Assembly (NCBI GenBank): GCA_027592135.1
Contig: JAQCIJ010000003.1
Span: 1 to 63,341, forward strand
Origin: a bacterium
GTDB taxonomy: Bacteria > Patescibacteriota > Gracilibacteria > Peribacterales > Peribacteraceae
Length of the DNA stretch: 63,341 nucleotides
Direction of reading: 5' to 3'
Under the pieces are notes generated by a model. It was not told the DNA's origin. It saw nothing but the letters and a program-made list of their open reading frames with translations, and searched no databases. The translations under genes and the position numbers were made by a program. Of this stretch, positions 29,723 to 36,569 are shown one piece after another. Every line of letters begins with the position of its first letter. Within the stretch, counting starts at the first letter, position 1.

Positions 29723-30886
29723 TTACGACACATTTCCTAGATCTTCTTTGCTGATTTTTGCTTTTGGCTGCACAAGTTCGAGTAATTGCTGTGCAACGTG
29801 TTTTGGATTCGTCACAAGCTCTTTAATCTCTGCAGTGTTCGTGTTGAGGTTACGCATTTTTGCTTTTTTAACGAGTGCTTCTGCTATAAGTTCTGGATGT
29901 ACTTGCTCTGCCTTGGCTAGGGTTTCTAGTCCGTGCATGAGCATGCCTACTTCGTGTGCGTTTCTTGTGGAGATGTGAAAATGGAACGCAGCAATAAGGT
30001 CTACAATGTTCTCGCGCTCTTGAGGGTCCATTGCTTCGGCAAACTCGTAGTGTTCTATACGTTTAAATCCTGCAAGGATAGGCTCTAGGCTTTCTGGAGA
30101 TACGACGTAGAACGTAAATCCTTCTTCATAGTACGATATTTGCTTAAGAGATTGCACTGCATCTGTCGGAACGACAAGGAACACTGTGGAGTAGATTTTC
30201 TGGTTTCCTTTTATCTTGGTCGCAGTCTTCTTTACCGATTCTTTGATATAGTGTTGCAAATCTTGTGAACGTGATACCTTTGCATCAAAGATAATGTATT
30301 GCTCTAAGAAGCCGATCATAAAATCAGGCTTTAAGCTGCCACTAAATTCCTCTGGCAGATTGGTATTACTATAAGAGGGGAACGCGCAGTGTTCTTTTTT
30401 GGTAAGGCCATCCATTAGAGCAACAACATCTTGCTCGTGGTCGTTCCACATACGGTCGCGTTCTTCCATCAGTTGTTTTTGACGCTCTTCATCTTCTCTG
30501 CGGATACGTATTTTTTCATCTTCGAGTGCAGATTTTGCTTCTTCGAGTTTTGTTGCCATGTCCTCGTGGCGCTTTTGCTTTTGCTCCTGATCTGCTTCGA
30601 ACTTGGTTACACGGGTAGAGAGACCTTCGCGCTCTTTCATGAGCGCTTTATGATCTGATTCCACGTTCTTTAACTGAGCAAACATATTCTTGCCGTTTGT
30701 TGCGAGTTCATTCTTCTCTGTTTTCATTTGCTCTAGTTGGTTCTTTAATTCACCGATCTCCTCAGTACGTCGATTAAGTTCTGCTTTGAGGCGTGGATCA
30801 CCATCAGTTTGAGCTTTTTGTAGCTGAAAGGCGATATAGCCAATTCCAGCGAGTACAATTCCTGTGAGTATGTAGAGGGGAGTCAT
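29723..30886 (-). CDS. rmuC: DNA recombination protein RmuC family
   Basis: N-terminal TM helix, long coiled coil, LKPDF...IIFDAK nuclease-like motif, FLVVP.D. Confidence 0.75.
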   Translation of the reverse strand: MTPLYILTGIVLAGIGYIAFQLQKAQTDGDPRLKAELNRRTEEIGELKNQLEQMKTEKNELATNGKNMFAQLKNVESDHKALMKEREGLSTRVTKFEADQEQKQKRHEDMATKLEEAKSALEDEKIRIRREDEERQKQLMEERDRMWNDHEQDVVALMDGLTKKEHCAFPSYSNTNLPEEFSGSLKPDFMIGFLEQYIIFDAKVSRSQDLQHYIKESVKKTATKIKGNQKIYSTVFLVVPTDAVQSLKQISYYEEGFTFYVVSPESLEPILAGFKRIEHYEFAEAMDPQERENIVDLIAAFHFHISTRNAHEVGMLMHGLETLAKAEQVHPELIAEALVKKAKMRNLNTNTAEIKELVTNPKHVAQQLLELVQPKAKISKEDLGNVS

Positions 30887-30907
30887 AGGAGCGTATTGTA
30901 TCATATG

Positions 30908-30923
30908 GTAGACACTCGTCCAC
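30908..30923. promoter_or_regulatory. putative LexA operator upstream of rmuC
   Basis: GTAGAC-ACTC-GTCCAC, matching two boxes at the lexA promoter. Confidence 0.6.
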
Positions 30924-30975
30924 CCTATTATAGAGAATAGAGAGTAGATCAGAGAGAAGAAATATGGTGTTCTAG

Positions 30976-31084
30976 TTGCAATACTAGTTTCCTTGACTAT
31001 ACTGACGCAGTCCTCGCTGATTGGGTGGCTTTGAGACCCCCTTCCTGGCGCGGCGCAACGTTCTATTTGTGTACCCCTCTACCT
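30976..31084 (+). promoter_or_regulatory. rpsO promoter and structured 5' UTR (possible S15 autoregulatory leader)
   Basis: TTGCAA-N16-TATACT, then a GC-rich hairpin CGCTG..TTGGG...CCTGG..CGGCG. Confidence 0.45.
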
Positions 31085-31354
31085 ATGTCTATCGCTCATA
31101 AGTCAAAAAAAACCCTCATTACAAAGCATCAAATGCACAAGAAAGATACTGGTTCCCCTCAGGTTCAAGTGGCTATTCTCTCTAAAGAAATTACCTTGCT
31201 TACAAAGCACTTACAAGAGCACAAAGGTGATAATTCAGGACGAAAAGGCCTTCTTGGTAAGGTTGCCCGCCGTCGCACACTCTTAAATTATCTGAAGATG
31301 CACACTCCAGATGAGTATCAAAAGGTATTGGATGCGAACAAGCTGAAGAAATAG
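31085..31354 (+). CDS. rpsO: 30S ribosomal protein S15
   Basis: H.KDTGSPQVQVAIL...I..LT.HL..HK.D.S.R.GLL..V.RRR.LL.YL. Confidence 0.96.
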   Translation: MSIAHKSKKTLITKHQMHKKDTGSPQVQVAILSKEITLLTKHLQEHKGDNSGRKGLLGKVARRRTLLNYLKMHTPDEYQKVLDANKLKK

Positions 31355-31368
31355 GGTATACTTTTTGT

Positions 31369-31650
31369 ATGTCTGTACCGCCACAGCATCTTCGGGATCT
31401 GTATGCATTACTTGCTTCTATTAAAGACGAGAAAGAGGCAAAGCTGCTTATCGATGATCTTCTAACCCCTCAAGAAGTCGCCTCTCTTGCCGAGCGGTGG
31501 CAGCTTGTTCGGGAGCTGGATAAAGGCACTCCACAACGCGATATTTCTCAGAAATTGGGTATAAGTATCAGTAAGATAACCAGAGGATCTCGTATGCTGC
31601 AGTTTGGATCTGGGGGATTTGACCATTTCTTAAAGAAGCTGAAAAATTAG
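31369..31650 (+). CDS. TrpR-like (YerC/YecD) HTH protein
   Basis: DLLTPQE...LAERW..V..L..G.PQR.I...LG.SI.KITRGSR.L. Confidence 0.85.
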   Translation: MSVPPQHLRDLYALLASIKDEKEAKLLIDDLLTPQEVASLAERWQLVRELDKGTPQRDISQKLGISISKITRGSRMLQFGSGGFDHFLKKLKN

Positions 31651-31708
31651 GTTTTTTTGGAAAATGGTGTTGACTTTGCATGCGTGGAGTGTAACGATGT
31701 AACGGTAC

Positions 31709-31885
31709 ATGGAATCATTACATCAAGAGTTACCGGCAGAGGATTCATCAGAAGTTCCTGTGGTCCCAGAAACCCCTGCAGTTCAATCGGAAGTCCAAAG
31801 AGTAGCAGCAGCTCTTGAGGATGTTAGGCATATTCAAGACTCATTTCCTAAGACTCCAACATCAACAGCAAGAGGGTGGTCGTGA
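31709..31885 (+). CDS. small acidic hypothetical protein (58 aa, below the ORF-track cutoff)
   Basis: MESLHQELPAEDSSEVPVVPETPAVQSEVQRVAAALEDVRHIQDSFPKTPTSTARGWS; TTGACT lies upstream. Confidence 0.5.
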   Translation: MESLHQELPAEDSSEVPVVPETPAVQSEVQRVAAALEDVRHIQDSFPKTPTSTARGWS

Positions 31886-31982
31886 AACGCGCAAGCGTTA
31901 GTGACCTGCTTTCTATCTTTATCGGCTTAAGAATCTGTGGTGGCGTAAAGCCATAGATAGTACGGCGCTCTGACGATGATTG
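31871..31982 (+). ncRNA. structured RNA element with hammerhead-like core
   Basis: GAAAC-GC-GCAA-GC-GTT then AGTG/CGCT stem and CTGACGA; stem II is imperfect. Confidence 0.3.
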
Positions 31983-31983
31983 A

Positions 31984-32026
31984 AAGGCCCCTTCTTATGA
32001 TATTTTTGTAAGAAAGGGGCTTTTTT
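31984..32026 (+). terminator. intrinsic terminator
   Basis: AAGGCCCCT-TCTTATGA...TTGTAAGA-A-AGGGGCTTT followed by T run. Confidence 0.8.
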
Positions 32027-32056
32027 AATACCAATTAATGAGTATACTACGCGCAG

Positions 32057-32167
32057 CTCCTTCCTTCTATCGCCGCTTTACTTTGCTGGGTTTACGTAAG
32101 AATTCTCTCTCTATAGAGGCTTGCTATGTGAATCCACATCAGTAACGAAAAGCGTTGGAGGAAAGAG
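32057..32167 (+). promoter_or_regulatory. long hairpin in the pnp 5' UTR (probable RNase III site)
   Basis: CTCCTTCCTTC/GGAGGAAAGAG, CGCTTT/AAAGCG, TTGCTG/CAGTAA, GGGTTTACGTA/TATGTGAATCC; -10 TATACT at 32043. Confidence 0.65.
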
Positions 32168-32194
32168 ATATTCTATCTTTTTCTCAACTTAAGT

Positions 32195-34429
32195 ATGTTT
32201 GGTAATAAATCAGGTGGTAGCTCTGCTATCGCTGTAGATAAGGAATACACCGTCGATGTCGGTGATCAGAAATTCGTCTTTAAGACGGGTATGCTTGCCG
32301 CGCAAGCAAACGCAACTGTTGTAGCCCAATCGGGTGACACGGTTTGTATGAGTAACTGTACGACCAGCCGCACTGCTCGTGCTGGAGTTTCATTTTTACC
32401 TCTTCAGGTTGTGTATCAGGAGAAGTTTTATGCAGCTGGTAAGGTAGCAGGTTCTCGCTTCCGTAAGCGTGAAGGACGCCCAGCAGATAGCTTTGTGCTT
32501 ACAGCACGTGTTATCGACCGTGGTCTTCGCCCAATGTTTGCAAAGACTATTCATAATGATATACAGGTATTCTGTACGGTCTTAAGTTACGACTTCATTG
32601 CAGAGCACGATATCGTTTCTGCAAACGCTGCATCGTTGGCCGTCGCACTTTCTGACTGTCCTGCAGATGGACCTGTCGGAACAGTACGTGTAGGGCTGCT
32701 TGATGGAAATCTTGTCCTTAACCCAACACACGAAGATCGAGAAAAATGTGAATTGGATATGATTGTTACGGCAACAGAGGATCGTGTAGTCATGATCGAT
32801 GCAGCTGCAAATCAAGTTCCAGAAGCAAAAATGCTTGAGGCTATTTTATTTGGTCAGGAAGCTGCCCAAAAGATTGCAAAAGCTTTCGCAGATATTCAGA
32901 AAGAAATTGGTTCAGAAAAATGGGAAGCACCTGCTTCATTCGAGCATGCAGAAGGGTTTGAAGTACTAAAGGGTAGTGCACTTGCGCAGATCAACAAAGC
33001 AATCCTTGATCCTATGGATAAGTTGGCCCGCAGAGCGTTCTTTGGTGAACTTGCAGACTCCGCAGCTGCAGTCCTCGAAGAGAAGTATGGATCTGCAGAA
33101 GGAAACGATGCCCTTACAGAGCTGTACGCTAATGCAGGGGATATGATGAACAACGTGATAACTGGAGAGGTACGTCGATTAGTTCTTGAAGAAGGAAAGC
33201 GCATGAGCGGACGTACTCCAGACGAGATCCGACCTGTCGGATGTATCGTTGATATTCTTCCTGCTCGTGTTCACGGATCAGCTCTCTTCCAGAGAGGTGA
33301 AACACAGGGGCTTACTACGTGTACTCTTGGTGCTCCTGGAGACAAGCTTATGACAGAAGGAATGATGGGAGAGAAATTAGATCGTTACTTCCACCACTAC
33401 AACTTCCCACCGTTCTCTGTAGGAGAAACTTCTAACCGTCTCTTTACAGGTAACCGAGAAATTGGACATGGTTACCTTGCTCAGAAAGCTTTGGAGCCTG
33501 TGCTTCCACCTGAGGAAGTATTCCCGTACACCATCCGTACAGTAACAGAGATCCTCGAAAGTAATGGATCCTCTTCTATGGCTGCAACATGTGGTTCTAC
33601 ACTCGCGTTGATGGCTGCAGGTGTCCCTATTTCTGCTCCTGTATCTGGAATTGCTATGGGACTTATGTCTGACCCTTCTGGAAAGTTTGTCGTTCTCTCG
33701 GATCTTCAAGACGAAGAGGACTTCGGAGGAGATATGGACTTTAAGGTAACAGGAACAGCTGCTGGAGTTACTGCTATCCAAATGGATATCAAGGTAAAAG
33801 GACTTCCAGATGGTGTCTTTAAAGAAGCACTAGAAAAAGCAAAAATCGGACGTGCATCTATCCTTAAGGATATGCTCTCAGCTATCCCTGAAGTCCGTAG
33901 TGAGCTTAGCAAGTACGCTCCACGTATCGAGACTATCAATATCGATCCAGATGATATCCGCCTCGTTATTGGTAAAGGTGGAGAAACTATCCAGGGAATT
34001 ACCAAAGAGTTTGGTGTAAATATTGATATCGAAGATAGTGGAATGGTGTTTGTTACAGCACCTGATGGAGAGTCTATGGCAGGAGCATCTGCTCGGATCT
34101 TAAACATCGTTGCGAAGCCTGAAGTCGGTACAACCTACGATTGTAAGATCGTTCGTGTCATCGATGGTATTGGCGCAATTGCAGAGTTCCTTGGTGGTAA
34201 AGACGGTATGATTCACATCTCAGAACTCCAGTGGAGTCGCACAGAGAATGTTGAAGATATCGTCAAAGTAGGAGACGAAGTCAAAGCCCTCTGTGTTGAA
34301 TACAGCAAGATGGATGGTAAGACTCGCCTTTCTATTAAGCAGCTACAAGATAAGCCAGAAGGCTACGTCGAAAGAGCGCCTCGTCCGCCACGTTCAGGTG
34401 GGGATAGAAGAGGGCCACCACGACGATAA
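32195..34429 (+). CDS. pnp: polyribonucleotide nucleotidyltransferase (PNPase)
   Basis: FLPL.V.Y.EK.YAAGK, RVIDR.LRP.F, HGSALFQRGETQ, HYNFPPFSVGE, REIGHG, ESNGSSSMA, DMDFKV; KH and S1 domains. Confidence 0.98.
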   Translation: MFGNKSGGSSAIAVDKEYTVDVGDQKFVFKTGMLAAQANATVVAQSGDTVCMSNCTTSRTARAGVSFLPLQVVYQEKFYAAGKVAGSRFRKREGRPADSFVLTARVIDRGLRPMFAKTIHNDIQVFCTVLSYDFIAEHDIVSANAASLAVALSDCPADGPVGTVRVGLLDGNLVLNPTHEDREKCELDMIVTATEDRVVMIDAAANQVPEAKMLEAILFGQEAAQKIAKAFADIQKEIGSEKWEAPASFEHAEGFEVLKGSALAQINKAILDPMDKLARRAFFGELADSAAAVLEEKYGSAEGNDALTELYANAGDMMNNVITGEVRRLVLEEGKRMSGRTPDEIRPVGCIVDILPARVHGSALFQRGETQGLTTCTLGAPGDKLMTEGMMGEKLDRYFHHYNFPPFSVGETSNRLFTGNREIGHGYLAQKALEPVLPPEEVFPYTIRTVTEILESNGSSSMAATCGSTLALMAAGVPISAPVSGIAMGLMSDPSGKFVVLSDLQDEEDFGGDMDFKVTGTAAGVTAIQMDIKVKGLPDGVFKEALEKAKIGRASILKDMLSAIPEVRSELSKYAPRIETINIDPDDIRLVIGKGGETIQGITKEFGVNIDIEDSGMVFVTAPDGESMAGASARILNIVAKPEVGTTYDCKIVRVIDGIGAIAEFLGGKDGMIHISELQWSRTENVEDIVKVGDEVKALCVEYSKMDGKTRLSIKQLQDKPEGYVERAPRPPRSGGDRRGPPRR

Positions 34430-34442
34430 TAATACAATTCTA

Positions 34443-34485
34443 AAATGTTGAAATGCTGAAAAATACTTTCAGGATTTCAACATTT
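34443..34485. repeat. palindrome built of 8-mers, copy 2 (possible bidirectional terminator)
   Basis: AAATGTTGAAATGCTGAAA-AATAC-TTTCAGGATTTCAACATTT. Confidence 0.7.
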
Positions 34486-34504
34486 CTTTATTTCTTTATT
34501 AAAA

Positions 34505-35377
34505 TTATGAAATTGATTTCATAATTCTAAGGCGCATTCTCTCCTTCATTTGAATGATATCTTCAAATGCTTCGTGTGCTTTATACGGGCTGCGAAATTT
34601 CCAGAGAGGAGTAACATCCGTCACGATGCGAACCATTTCGTTTACCTCCTTCATTACATCTTCTTTTGATGCCCAATCAATATCATGCGCACTGAGCGTA
34701 TCGAACATTTGGTTTACGCGGTGTAATGTACGGTGCACAGCTTCTAGTAAGAGTTGTTCACGTTTTTCATCGAGGTTGTAGTGGTGAATCTCATTTTCGT
34801 AGAAGTCGGGGATCTCTTCGAGGAGAGTCTGTAACTGCCGAAAGGCAATAATCATATTCTCCCAATGTTCAGAATCGATATCTCCATGTTTTTTTACTTC
34901 ACGTATAATATGATCGAAGTCTTTTCGGGCGATGTACATGCCTTCACGGGTGTTGTGGAACACATCCTCAAATGTAAGACGGTGCACTTCTGTTAGCGTC
35001 ATTTCCTGCTGATGCGATACAAGCTTTGTGACAAAGATCGCAAACACGAGCAGTGCTGAGATGCTCTGAATACTTGCAAGTACTTTCGAAAACCCTTCTG
35101 GCGTGATGTCTCCATACCCTGTAGAAGTTGCCGTGATAATGCTGTAGTACAGAGCGTTTGCAAATCGCATTGCAGGGTCTGCAATATTCGCGAGACTTGT
35201 AGGGGCATGCTCTAGTCCTGCTCCCATGTAACTTAAGCCCCAGTAAGCAACAGCAAAAACTATTGCCATCGATGCCCAGATAATAAATAGTGTGGTATAC
35301 GATAGGTTCGTAAGGAGCTCAATGACAATGAATGCCTTAGGGGTCTTTGCGCTTTTTGGAAGTGGTCGAGGGCTCAT
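34505..35377 (-). CDS. potassium channel family protein (2TM/1P) with helical C-terminal domain
   Basis: ALYYSIITATSTGYGDITP selectivity filter. Confidence 0.88.
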   Translation of the reverse strand: MSPRPLPKSAKTPKAFIVIELLTNLSYTTLFIIWASMAIVFAVAYWGLSYMGAGLEHAPTSLANIADPAMRFANALYYSIITATSTGYGDITPEGFSKVLASIQSISALLVFAIFVTKLVSHQQEMTLTEVHRLTFEDVFHNTREGMYIARKDFDHIIREVKKHGDIDSEHWENMIIAFRQLQTLLEEIPDFYENEIHHYNLDEKREQLLLEAVHRTLHRVNQMFDTLSAHDIDWASKEDVMKEVNEMVRIVTDVTPLWKFRSPYKAHEAFEDIIQMKERMRLRIMKSIS

Positions 35378-35399
35378 AGGGGAGAGTATAGCGTACGGC

Positions 35400-35612
35400 T
35401 TATACGGTTTTCTTAAAGGAGTTTTTACCAGTTACTACCATTTGTATTCCTTTATAAGCGAAGAATAGTCCACCAACGAGAAATGCAGTGTTTGCTGCAA
35501 TACTTGCGATGTTAAGTGCACCAGAACCCATAGATTCCCGTAATACATTCAAGCTTCCAGCTGTAGATACGCTTTCAACGCCGCCTGTGCTTAGTGTTTC
35601 TGTTAGTGCCAT
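35400..35612 (-). CDS. small single-TM protein
   Basis: 70 aa with C-terminal TM and basic tail; TATAAT just upstream. Confidence 0.6.
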   Translation of the reverse strand: MALTETLSTGGVESVSTAGSLNVLRESMGSGALNIASIAANTAFLVGGLFFAYKGIQMVVTGKNSFKKTV

Positions 35613-35683
35613 ATTTACTCTTATATTATACAATAAATATCAAAATTGAGCAATAATCCAATTCTCTCTTAAATATAGGGTTT

Positions 35684-35809
35684 TTAGTTACTATTTCCGG
35701 TTGCTCTTCTTACAGCCCAGCGTGTAACTCCAATAAACGCTGCTATGCCAATAGCGCCTACAACAAGCTCTGGGCCTGTAAATCCGAAGGCGAGTGCTTC
35801 TCCTTCCAT
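35684..35809 (-). CDS. small single-TM protein (41 aa, not in the ORF track)
   Basis: MEGEALAFGFTGPELVVGAIGIAAFIGVTRWAVRRATGNSN; starts 1 nt after the upstream stop. Confidence 0.6.
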   Translation of the reverse strand: MEGEALAFGFTGPELVVGAIGIAAFIGVTRWAVRRATGNSN

Positions 35810-35810
35810 A

Positions 35811-36143
35811 TTAGTTATTTATAGCGTTACCTATCTGTTCTCTTGTAAATCCTTGTAGATTATTCGGTGTATTTGCATGGTCTCCTGCAGCGATAGTAAG
35901 TGGATCTGTTATTAGGCCGTCATAGGCAACATCAAATAGAGAGGTGACACCATTTGCTAGTGTTCCAATTGGATTTCTTTCTGTAAAGAGCCGTGGAATT
36001 GTAGAAAGTACCTCAACGACATCAGCTCTCGTTTGGCCGAAAATACCTGCATATGCTGCCCGCTTTTCTTTTCCTGTAACAAAGGCAGCAGCGTCATTTC
36101 CGATTTTTCCAACGTGCCTAGCCACTTGAGCTAATGCCCCCAT
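35811..36143 (-). CDS. hypothetical protein (110 aa)
   Basis: Start reassigned to ATG 36143 (TACGAT-N6-ATG); the longer ORF-track version overlaps a structured RNA. Confidence 0.6.
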   Translation of the reverse strand: MGALAQVARHVGKIGNDAAAFVTGKEKRAAYAGIFGQTRADVVEVLSTIPRLFTERNPIGTLANGVTSLFDVAYDGLITDPLTIAAGDHANTPNNLQGFTREQIGNAINN

Positions 36144-36233
36144 TCCATGATCGTAGATTCCATTATTGTTAACTCTGTGGATAGAGTTATCCGCTATTGT
36201 TTGACCAAAACTACCCTCCCATCGTGTTTTATA

Positions 36234-36437
36234 GATGAGTCGTTTCTCTCGTGCCGATGGGCGACGGAATGCGATTCTCATTTCGCCTCTATTATACATA
36301 TTCTGCATAATTTGTCCTCTATTTTTACCATTAACTTGCATTAGATTACGTGGGTGTGTAATCTTCTGCGGCTTTGCCTAATGGCGAAACATTCGTTCTT
36401 TTCATCACTTGAAACCGCCTCTACCGGCGGTTTTTTT
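36234..36437 (+). ncRNA. candidate ~200-nt rod-shaped small RNA (6S-like or unassigned)
   Basis: Nested helices with plus-strand G-U pairs, followed by the terminator AAACCGCC-TCTACC-GGCGGTTTTTTT. Confidence 0.5.
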
Positions 36438-36518
36438 AATTTCCACAAGAGCGAGCGAAGCGAGCCGCGGTGGAAATTACCCTAAGCGAGTCCGCCGCAG
36501 CGGGCGAGTCGAATGGGT
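36438..36518. repeat. REP-like palindromes
   Basis: AATTTCCAC..GCGAGCGAAGCGAGC..GTGGAAATT and TCCGC-CGCA-GCGGG. Confidence 0.5.
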
Positions 36519-36569
36519 TCTTCCAATAGTTTTTGTGGATCTCAAGCGTTTATCTTGTAGAATCTCTTT

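Noticed and set aside
36176-36311. oriC (DnaA-box-like TGTGGATAG, TTATCCGCT) or a dif-like site
   Set aside because: Only two or three mismatched boxes and a weak dif resemblance. Gene orientation shifts from mostly + to mostly - near 39.3 kb, but GC skew was not computed.
36235-36381. 48-aa Cys-rich hydrophobic ORF (possible type I toxin)
   Set aside because: No start signal, and the extensive base pairing explains the sequence better. Not fully excluded.
35400-36437. Inovirus prophage
   Set aside because: No Zot/pI ATPase, replication initiator or integrase nearby.
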